Shown: positions 7,924 to 14,362 of the stretch, in pieces | How the letters are laid out: every line of letters begins with the position of its first letter | Position numbering within the stretch: position 1 is the stretch's first letter | Source: Clostridium sp. CAG:594 | Lineage (GTDB): Bacteria; Bacillota_I; Bacilli_A; RF39; UBA660 | NCBI GenBank assembly: GCA_000434835.1 | Contig: FR881490.1 | Span: 16,592-37,511, forward strand | Length of the DNA: 20,920 nucleotides | Direction: 5' to 3' | The notes under the pieces: generated by a model | Told to the model about the DNA's origin: nothing | The model's database searches: none | Seen by the model: the letters and a program-made list of their open reading frames with translations, nothing else | Program-made: the position numbers and the translations under genes

Positions 7924-8719
7924 TGTGAACCTCTATTTGTGGATATGGTATTTTAATTCCATTTTTATCCATAACATTTTTAAGTTCTTTTCTCATTTGT
8001 CTTTGAACAAGAAAATGTTTTGTTGGTTTGCATTTACCTACTATTCTAAATACAACTGATGAATCACCTAAATTTTCAACACCCAAAACTTCAGGTTCTT
8101 CTGTTAATAAAGGCATTTTTTCCTTCAAGTTTGCACATGTAAGTTTAAGTATCTTTTCTACTTTATCTAAGTTAGACTCATAAGATACTGATAAGTCAAC
8201 TACTGCAAGAGTTTTATCTAAGCTATAGTTAATTACTTCATTTATGTTTCTGTTTGGTATTATTTTTATTTCACCGCTATAAGCTTGTATTCTAGTAGAC
8301 TTAAGTCCCACTGATAATACTGTTCCAGTAAATGAATCTATCTTAACTAAATCTCCTACTGCGTACCAGTTTTCAAAAAGAATTGAAGTTCCTGCTAAAA
8401 CATCCTTTAAGATATCTTGAAATGCTAAACCAATAACTAAACTTGCAACTCCAAGTCCTGTTACTAAGGCTGCTGTATTTACTCCGTAAACGCTTAATAA
8501 AGAAAGTATTGCAAATATCCAAATAGCATACTTAATTATACTGCAAAGCAAACTTCTTATGGTACTTACCCTTCTTGAGTCAAATTTTTTATGTTTTTTA
8601 GATGGATTAAATGTCTTTTTTACCATCATTTTTAAAACTTTCTCTAAAAAGAATGCTACTGCTATTATAATTACTGTCATATATATTTCTTTTGCGATTG
8701 TTAATCCAAAGATTTTCAT
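7913..8719 (-). CDS. mscS: Small-conductance mechanosensitive channel (MscS family)
   Basis: 268 aa with three N-terminal TM helices. A beta-domain follows: GDLVKIDSFTGTVLSVGLKSTRIQAYSGEIKIIPNRNI. Confidence 0.85.
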   Translation of the reverse strand: MKIFGLTIAKEIYMTVIIIAVAFFLEKVLKMMVKKTFNPSKKHKKFDSRRVSTIRSLLCSIIKYAIWIFAILSLLSVYGVNTAALVTGLGVASLVIGLAFQDILKDVLAGTSILFENWYAVGDLVKIDSFTGTVLSVGLKSTRIQAYSGEIKIIPNRNINEVINYSLDKTLAVVDLSVSYESNLDKVEKILKLTCANLKEKMPLLTEEPEVLGVENLGDSSVVFRIVGKCKPTKHFLVQRQMRKELKNVMDKNGIKIPYPQIEVHNEK

Positions 8720-8729
8720 AATTGTTCTC

Positions 8730-9620
8730 CTATTCTACTTCTATGTTTAAGATTTCTAATATACGATTTAAATCTTCTTTGGTAACAAATGAAATCTTTA
8801 TTTTGTTTCCTGATATTGCTACTTTAGTTCCAAGTTTTTCCTTCATTGCATCTTCTACGTATTTGTATTCTTTAGATTTTCTAGGTTTTGATGATGGAGT
8901 AGATCTTACATATGAGCTTTCATTTGTTAAAACTTCTAAATCTCTTACACTTAGGTTTTCACTTATAACTTTGTTTGCAAGATCTTCTATTTGTTCACTA
9001 TTTTCTAATTTACTTAACACCCTTGCGTGTCCCATTGAAATTTTTCCATATAAAACCATATCTTGAACACTTAAAGGTAACCTAAGTAATCCAAGCATGT
9101 TAGTTATATGACTTCTTGATTTACCAAGCCTTTTAGCTAATTCATCTTGAGTTAATCTAAGTGATTCTATTATTGATTTATATGCTTTAGCCTCTTCTAT
9201 TGCAGATAAATCTTCTCTTTGTAAGTTTTCTAGTAATGCAACTTGCATCATTTCTTCATCAGAAAAATCTCTTACTATTGCAGGCACAGTTTTTAAACCA
9301 GCAAGTTCTGACGCTTTAGTTCTTCTTTCACCTGCAATTATGTTATATCCTTTAACTGATTTTTTAACTATAATAGGTTGAAATACACCATGTTCTTTTA
9401 TTGATTCAGAAAGTTCTTTTAAAGCTTCTTCATCAAATACTTTTCTTGGCTGATAAGGATTACTCATAAGCTCATTAATAGGTATTTCTACTATTTCGTC
9501 CTTTGGTGTTTCTTCTACTATTTTTTCTTCCACTTGGTCAAAATCAAGCATTTCTGAGTTAAATAATTGTTCTAACCCCATTCCAAGTGCTCTTCTTTTA
9601 CTGTTTGTTTCTTCTTTCAT
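8730..9620 (-). CDS. parB: Chromosome partitioning protein ParB/Spo0J
   Basis: 296 aa. Has the ParB box IAGERRTKAS. The HTH region is LTQDELAKRLGKSRSHITNMLGLLRLP. The N-terminus is RRALGMGLEQLF. The start overlaps the parA 3' end by 23 nt. Confidence 0.93.
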   Translation of the reverse strand: MKEETNSKRRALGMGLEQLFNSEMLDFDQVEEKIVEETPKDEIVEIPINELMSNPYQPRKVFDEEALKELSESIKEHGVFQPIIVKKSVKGYNIIAGERRTKASELAGLKTVPAIVRDFSDEEMMQVALLENLQREDLSAIEEAKAYKSIIESLRLTQDELAKRLGKSRSHITNMLGLLRLPLSVQDMVLYGKISMGHARVLSKLENSEQIEDLANKVISENLSVRDLEVLTNESSYVRSTPSSKPRKSKEYKYVEDAMKEKLGTKVAISGNKIKISFVTKEDLNRILEILNIEVE

Positions 9621-10395
9621 CTTGTTCGATTACCTCCTTTGCTAAATTAAGGTATGCTTCAGTACCACGACTCATTGGATCATATGCAACAATAGGTTTG
9701 CCATGACTTGGTGCCTCAGTCAATCTTATTAATCTAGGAATTAAAGTATTATATACTCTTTCCTTAAAGAAACCTCTTATTTCCTCTACTACTTCTAATC
9801 CTAAGTTAGTTCTAGAATCAAGCATTGTTAAAAGTACTCCCTCTATTTCTAGTCCTGGATTTAACTTCTTTTGTGCAAGCATTATTGAATTTAATAATTG
9901 CATAATTCCCTCTAATGCGAAGAACTCACATTGAACTGGAATTAATACGGAATTTGATGCCGTAAGTGCATTCGTTGTTAAAAGTCCTAAAGATGGTGGA
10001 CAATCAATTATAATAAAATCATATAAATTTCTTATTGGATCAAGTGCTAGACGAAGCTGCATGTTCTTTTGAAACGATGAATCTTGCTTTGCCTTTTCAA
10101 TTAATTCAATATCTGCACCTGCTAAATTAATTGTTGCAGGTATTATGCTTAAGTTCTTAAAATTTGTTTTAATAATTGCTTGATTGGTAGTACATCTACC
10201 TAATAATAAATCATATATGCTCTTATCAACATCACCTTTATTTATACCAACACCAGTTGATGCATTTCCTTGTGGATCTAAGTCAATAAGTAATACTTTT
10301 TTATTCTGAACCCCTAGTGAAGCTGCTAAATTAATACTTGTAGTGGTTTTACCTACACCACCTTTTTGATTTACTAATGCTATTACTCTTCCCAC
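9598..10395 (-). CDS. parA: Chromosome partitioning ATPase ParA/Soj
   Basis: Deviant Walker A is NQKGGVGKTTT. I place the start at GTG 10395 ((V)GRVIALVNQKGG, 265 aa), which aligns with the Soj N-terminus. The track ATG at 10440 lies inside a TGATAGAAT extended -10 element. The start is uncertain (alternative: 10440). Confidence 0.88.
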   Translation of the reverse strand: MGRVIALVNQKGGVGKTTTSINLAASLGVQNKKVLLIDLDPQGNASTGVGINKGDVDKSIYDLLLGRCTTNQAIIKTNFKNLSIIPATINLAGADIELIEKAKQDSSFQKNMQLRLALDPIRNLYDFIIIDCPPSLGLLTTNALTASNSVLIPVQCEFFALEGIMQLLNSIMLAQKKLNPGLEIEGVLLTMLDSRTNLGLEVVEEIRGFFKERVYNTLIPRLIRLTEAPSHGKPIVAYDPMSRGTEAYLNLAKEVIEQDERRNKQ

Positions 10396-10438
10396 TTGCC
10401 TCACTTCTTTCTTATTTTTTATTATCTTTAACAATACC

Positions 10439-10467
10439 ATTCTATCAAATAAATGATATTTTTTAAA
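10439..10467 (-). promoter_or_regulatory. Promoter candidate for parA-parB-mscS-DUF951-abgT: TTTAAA-17 nt-TAGAAT with TG extension
   Basis: The minus strand reads TTTAAAAAATATCATTTATTTGATAGAATGG. -10 at 10439..10444 and -35 at 10462..10467. Confidence 0.45.
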
Positions 10468-10480
10468 GACTTATTTAAAT

Positions 10481-11413
10481 TTAATTTTGATTACGTATCT
10501 TTTCTGCAAACTCTTTTATCTTTCTAAATCTATGATTTAAACAAGATTTACTTACGTTAGAATTTGTCTCTAAAGTTATTATTTTACTTAATTCCAAAAG
10601 GGATGTTTCTGGATATCTAATTCTGTACTCAGCACTTTCCTTTATCTTGTCATCAAGTAAATCAAACATATCTTTTTCTTTTATATAATTTATTTCTTTA
10701 ATAAGTTTATTTGACGTTGCAACCATCTTTTCTACGTTTGCCTGCTCACAATTATTAATACGGTTAGTCATATTTATCTTTTCACGGTATACCCTTATTT
10801 CTTCATAGTACATAACTCCGTTATATGCTCTTATAAGTCTTAGAAAATCGCTTATTTTTTCAGCTTCTTTTATGTATATCATGTAACCTTTTTTACGATG
10901 AAGTATCTTACTATTTAAGTTGTTGTCATTTAAAAGTTTATTTAAAAAATTAGCATACTCTGTATCATTTATTAAAAATTCCAAATGATATCTTGAAGTT
11001 TTTGGATCATTTAAACTTCCTGATACTAAAAATACTCCCCTTAAATATGCCCTTCTTAATTCTTCATCTGATAATAAAGACTCGCTAGGTATTCTAAGAA
11101 GCTCATTTTTTTCACTTACTATTCCTAAATCTCTAAGCACTTTTAATGTGTCTTTTTTAAGTTCAAGAACGTATATTTCGTTTTTCTTAAAGTTATAATT
11201 TTTTCTTAGAGATATATTAAGATTAATATCATATAAAATTTTAAAAAGTCCAAAAATACGGTTTGCAACAAATTTGTTTTCTGTTTGTATCTTTATGTTA
11301 TATATTTTGATTTCTGCACTAGTTCTAATGATACCAGATAACTCTGATAAATACTCAGCCCTAGTACATTCTGTTGTACTTATTTCTTTTTTTATTTTAC
11401 TTGAGAATGTCAT
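10481..11413 (-). CDS. whiA: DNA-binding sporulation/cell-division regulator WhiA
   Basis: The true start is MTFSSKIKKEIS (ATG at 11413, GGATGGTGG SD), giving 310 aa. The LAGLIDADG-like core is LRGVFLVSGSLNDPKTSRYHLEF. The C-terminal HTH region is ...SKSCLNHRFRKIKEFAEK. The track's extension to 11470 covers the predicted promoter. Confidence 0.9.
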   Translation of the reverse strand: MTFSSKIKKEISTTECTRAEYLSELSGIIRTSAEIKIYNIKIQTENKFVANRIFGLFKILYDINLNISLRKNYNFKKNEIYVLELKKDTLKVLRDLGIVSEKNELLRIPSESLLSDEELRRAYLRGVFLVSGSLNDPKTSRYHLEFLINDTEYANFLNKLLNDNNLNSKILHRKKGYMIYIKEAEKISDFLRLIRAYNGVMYYEEIRVYREKINMTNRINNCEQANVEKMVATSNKLIKEINYIKEKDMFDLLDDKIKESAEYRIRYPETSLLELSKIITLETNSNVSKSCLNHRFRKIKEFAEKIRNQN

Positions 11414-11438
11414 CTTACCACCATCCTTAACTAGTATG

Positions 11439-11467
11439 ATTATATCAGATAAAGATTTCTTTTTCAA
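11439..11467 (-). promoter_or_regulatory. Sigma-A-type promoter for whiA: TTGAAA-17 nt-TATAAT with TG extension
   Basis: The minus strand reads TTGAAAAAGAAATCTTTATCTGATATAAT. -35 at 11462..11467 and -10 at 11439..11444. Confidence 0.65.
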
Positions 11468-11496
11468 CATATCCAGGTGTTTTTAATAATTTATTT

Positions 11497-11532
11497 ATAT
11501 AAAAAAGTCTAAATTTCTCATATTAGACTTTT
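11497..11532 (-). terminator. Intrinsic terminator downstream of trxB
   Basis: Perfect 10-bp stem AAAAGUCUAA-(10-nt loop)-UUAGACUUUU, running into UUAUAU. It overlaps the trxB stop. Confidence 0.7.
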
Positions 11533-12433
11533 ATTTTTTCAAACTCTTAATTATAGAACTTGCTGCAAGTGCACCTTCACCAGTTGCTGTTACAACTTGA
11601 TATAAACTTTTGCTTATAACATCTCCTGCCGCATAAATAGATGAATTACTTGTTTTCATATCTTTATCCACTATTATTCCTAAATTATCTGTTTTAATAT
11701 TTAAGTTTTGATAATATGCACCGGATAATTCTTTTCCTATGCATACAAATATAGCATCAGCCTTTATTTTTCTATCATCATTTAAAATAACTTCTGTAAT
11801 ATGATTTTCATCACCTATTACCTCTTTTATAGCAGTATTTAATATAACTTCTACTTTTTCATCTTTAATTATTTCTTGTTCTTTTAAATCTGCTCTTAAA
11901 GGTGATCTATTAACTATGTATATCTTATTTGCAATATTACTCATATATTTAGCAGACTCCATAGCAGTATTACCCCCACCTAAAACTATTACAGTTTTAT
12001 TCTTATATAAGGCTCCATCACATATGGTGCAGTATGATATTCCTTTTCCTTCGTACTTATTAGAGTTCTTACATATTAATTTTCTAGGAGTTTTACCAGA
12101 TGCAATTAATATATATTTTGCATAATAATTGTTATTTTCACATATTACTTTGTATAAGTTTTCTTCTTTTTCTATATTAATAACTCTTTGTGTTTCAAGA
12201 GGAATATTTAAATTTTCAAGCTGAGAATACATTCTAAATGCTAAAGTTGTTCCATCTTCTTCGGTGTATCCTGGATAATTTTGCAATTTATATATTTCAT
12301 TTAAAGTGCCGCCCGGTGCCTTAGCTTCTAAAATAAGTGGTGATATACCTGCTCTTTTTAAGTAAATAGAAGCAGTCATACCTGCTGGACCTGCTCCTAT
12401 TATTATTACGTCATAATTAACATTTGATTTCAT
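11531..12433 (-). CDS. trxB: Low-molecular-weight thioredoxin-disulfide reductase family flavoprotein
   Basis: 300 aa. FAD motif is IIIGAGPAGMTA. The redox CxxC is SYCTICDGA. The second dinucleotide motif is VLGGGNTAMESA. The C-terminus has AAGDV. An AGGAG SD lies 9 nt upstream. The start overlaps the lgt 3' end by 17 nt. Confidence 0.88.
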   Translation of the reverse strand: MKSNVNYDVIIIGAGPAGMTASIYLKRAGISPLILEAKAPGGTLNEIYKLQNYPGYTEEDGTTLAFRMYSQLENLNIPLETQRVINIEKEENLYKVICENNNYYAKYILIASGKTPRKLICKNSNKYEGKGISYCTICDGALYKNKTVIVLGGGNTAMESAKYMSNIANKIYIVNRSPLRADLKEQEIIKDEKVEVILNTAIKEVIGDENHITEVILNDDRKIKADAIFVCIGKELSGAYYQNLNIKTDNLGIIVDKDMKTSNSSIYAAGDVISKSLYQVVTATGEGALAASSIIKSLKK

Positions 12434-13226
12434 TTTCTTTTGCTCCTACGTCATCATAATTTTTACATTTAAGTTTGGTTATTATAAACATAATAATGCC
12501 ACCTATTATCATTAAAATAGAAACTAATTGAGCCATTTTTATTGAGCCTAGCATCAAACTATCCGTTCTAAGAGATTCAACAAAGAACCTTATAGTTCCG
12601 TATAAAATTAGGTACAGCGCTGTGGTATTTCCTAATTTTGTATTTTTCATGCTTCTAAAACCATACAAGATAAAGAAGCATAGTATGCAAAAGACTGATT
12701 CATAAAGAAACGTTGGATGATAGTAATGTGCACCTATATGCATTCCATCTATTATAAATTTTGGTAAATGTAAGTTTTCCAAAAACGCACGAGACACAAT
12801 ACCACCATGTGCTTCACCATTAAAGAAATTGCCCCATCTTCCAATTCCTTGAGCTAAGATAAGACCTGGAACTGATATATCAATCATCTTTAAAACATCA
12901 ACGCCATATTTCTTACAATATACGATTAACGTTATTAATCCTGCAATTATTCCTCCGTGAATAGCAAGCCCGCCATTCCATATCTTAACTACTTCTATTG
13001 GAGATGTGCTGTAATAATCTAAATTAAATAACACGTAGTATATTCTAGCTCCTAAAAGTCCAAATATCACACACCAAAATATTAAATTTGTAACAAAACT
13101 TGTCGGAATATTATATCTTTTAGCTTCGTTATTAATAACAATACCCGCTAAAATAACTCCTAATAATATACATATAGAATACCACGTAATTGTAAGTGGT
13201 CCTAAACTAATTGCAACTGGATTCAT
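12417..13226 (-). CDS. lgt: Prolipoprotein diacylglyceryl transferase
   Basis: 269 aa and polytopic. Carries the signature GRWGNFFNGEAHG and the Lgt-typical N-terminus ISLGPLTITWYSICILLG. Confidence 0.93.
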   Translation of the reverse strand: MNPVAISLGPLTITWYSICILLGVILAGIVINNEAKRYNIPTSFVTNLIFWCVIFGLLGARIYYVLFNLDYYSTSPIEVVKIWNGGLAIHGGIIAGLITLIVYCKKYGVDVLKMIDISVPGLILAQGIGRWGNFFNGEAHGGIVSRAFLENLHLPKFIIDGMHIGAHYYHPTFLYESVFCILCFFILYGFRSMKNTKLGNTTALYLILYGTIRFFVESLRTDSLMLGSIKMAQLVSILMIIGGIIMFIITKLKCKNYDDVGAKENEIKC

Positions 13227-13227
13227 A

Positions 13228-13671
13228 TTATCTTTTACACCTTTCTATTAATGGTTTTATTATTAAATTCTCCATAATAACATTCATAACACTTATAAAT
13301 ATTGCCACTATAAACGGAGAAAAAAATCCTGTTAGGTAAAAGTGTTTACCTAAAACTAAACTTACTAAAAGAAGTATAACTACGTTTATCACAAAGTAAA
13401 ATAAGCCAAGTGACATTCCAATAAGCGGCAGAGAAATTGTAACTAAAAATGGTTTTACAGTTTTATTTAAAATGTATATCAATACTGCTGCTATAAAACC
13501 ATATAAGAAGTTTTCTACATATAATGGTCTAAACAAGTTTGATGTTATAAGTAAAACGATTGCATAACCAAACATATATATTAACCACTCTAAAAATAAA
13601 TTTAATCTGTATTCTATTTCTTTACTATTTGTTTTTTTCTTTTTATTGGAATCAACAACTATTACCTTCAT
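13228..13671 (-). CDS. YvlD-like membrane protein (phage holin family 4, PF04020-like)
   Basis: 147 aa with 4 TM segments. The core LNKTVKPFLVTISLPLIGMSLGLFYFVINVVILLLVS matches the family pattern (N-x3-P-x-L...LP...LGLF...V-N). GGTGA SD. The stop is 1 nt from the lgt start. Confidence 0.75.
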   Translation of the reverse strand: MKVIVVDSNKKKKTNSKEIEYRLNLFLEWLIYMFGYAIVLLITSNLFRPLYVENFLYGFIAAVLIYILNKTVKPFLVTISLPLIGMSLGLFYFVINVVILLLVSLVLGKHFYLTGFFSPFIVAIFISVMNVIMENLIIKPLIERCKR

Positions 13672-13691
13672 ATAATCACCATCTTACATAC

Positions 13692-13700
13692 ATTATATCA
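13692..13700 (-). promoter_or_regulatory. Extended -10 promoter candidate (TGATATAAT) for the yvlD-like-lgt-trxB unit; poor -35
   Basis: The minus strand reads ...ACACGTGTGATATAATG..., located between the upstream terminator and the SD. Confidence 0.5.
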
Positions 13701-13735
13701 CACGTGTATGTTTTTATATATAATTTTTTTTCGTC

Positions 13736-13759
13736 AAAAAAAGAGCTTTAACAAAGCTC
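13736..13759 (-). terminator. Intrinsic terminator downstream of the ArpU-like gene
   Basis: RNA: GAGCUU-UGUUA-AAGCUC, followed by UUUUUUUG. It sits immediately after the TAG stop. Confidence 0.7.
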
Positions 13760-14179
13760 CTATTTACCATTTAATTCTTCAACTCCTAGAGAATATGCAA
13801 ATCTTATTAATGTTTCTTTCTTTTTTATATAATAATATCCTAAAGAAAAGCCTAAATTATTTGCAATAAACCTATCATCATAATTGTTTTCCTTATCTAA
13901 ATACGTCCAGTATATTATCTTTCTTTCCTCAGTAGTTAACTTATTAAACGAAAATCTTACGTAATTAACAAAATCTATTCTTCTTTTTTGTTCTTCTTGT
14001 GATATTTTAACGTATGTTTTATCAATACTATTAAAATCAAGAGCATCTAAAAGATAAGAATCTCCTATGTTACTAGATGAGCTGTTATCAACAGACAAAC
14101 TATAATATATGTATTGTGATATTATTTGCTCAACGTTTTTCTTTGTTTTCGTCCAAGATATATTTACAGGTTTTAACAC
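13760..14179 (-). CDS. ArpU-family (sigma-70 region-4-like) phage-type transcriptional regulator; solitary copy
   Basis: The N-terminus ISWTKTKKNVEQIISQY resembles the ArpU-family I-W-KT-KNVE motif. The C-terminus LTTEERKIIYWTYLD...IANNLGFSLGYYYIKKKETLIRFAYSLGV looks like a region-4 HTH. The track start is a TTG at 14197 lying inside the SD GAAGGGAG. I favour GTG at 14179, 8 nt after that SD (139 aa). Confidence 0.65.
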   Translation of the reverse strand: MLKPVNISWTKTKKNVEQIISQYIYYSLSVDNSSSSNIGDSYLLDALDFNSIDKTYVKISQEEQKRRIDFVNYVRFSFNKLTTEERKIIYWTYLDKENNYDDRFIANNLGFSLGYYYIKKKETLIRFAYSLGVEELNGK

Positions 14180-14202
14180 AATAACAGCTCCCTTCAATTA
14201 AT

Positions 14203-14211
14203 ATTTTATCA
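14203..14211 (-). promoter_or_regulatory. Extended -10 candidate (TGATAAAAT) for the ArpU-like gene
   Basis: The minus strand reads AGAATGATAAAATATTAATTGAAGGGAG. This would put the TSS near 14196, just upstream of the SD. There is no good -35. Confidence 0.3.
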
Positions 14212-14320
14212 TTCTTATAAAAAGAAAAGTTAATCTAAAAATTTTAAATAAATCATAAAAAAATAAAGTAAATATAATCTATATCTCTACTTTATTATTA
14301 TCCATAACTTTTAAAAACCC

Positions 14321-14360
14321 CCTGAAAATCCATGAAAATTCCTGAAAATCTTTAAAATTT
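14321..14360. repeat. Four tandem 10-bp units (CCTGAAAATC / CATGAAAATT / CCTGAAAATC / TTTAAAATTT) forming helically phased A-tracts
   Basis: The exact 10-mer CCTGAAAATC occurs at 14321..14330 and 14341..14350, with degenerate copies between and after. A further A5 tract at 14313..14317 is roughly in phase. The array sits directly after the uvrA stop and about 125-165 nt upstream of the ArpU-like gene's predicted TSS. Confidence 0.8.
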
Positions 14361-14362
14361 TC

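Noticed and set aside
7938-7946. DnaA-box-like TGTGGATAT (8/9 match to TGTGGATAA)
   Set aside because: It is a single isolated copy inside the mscS coding sequence. There is no cluster and no adjacent AT-rich unwinding element, so it is not evidence for oriC.
13700-13707. ACACGTGT palindrome in the yvlD-like promoter, considered as a parS-like (CACGTG-centred) site
   Set aside because: Only the central 6-8 bp match. The flanks (TATC...ATGT) do not match TGTTNCACGTGNAACA. An 8-bp palindrome is expected by chance many times in 21 kb.
14298-14333. 11-codon mini-ORF (MDFQGVFKSYG) starting inside the 10-bp repeat array, considered as a leader peptide
   Set aside because: It has only a weak AGGAA SD-like element and no attenuator-type alternative hairpins downstream. 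It is most simply a by-product of the repeat sequence.
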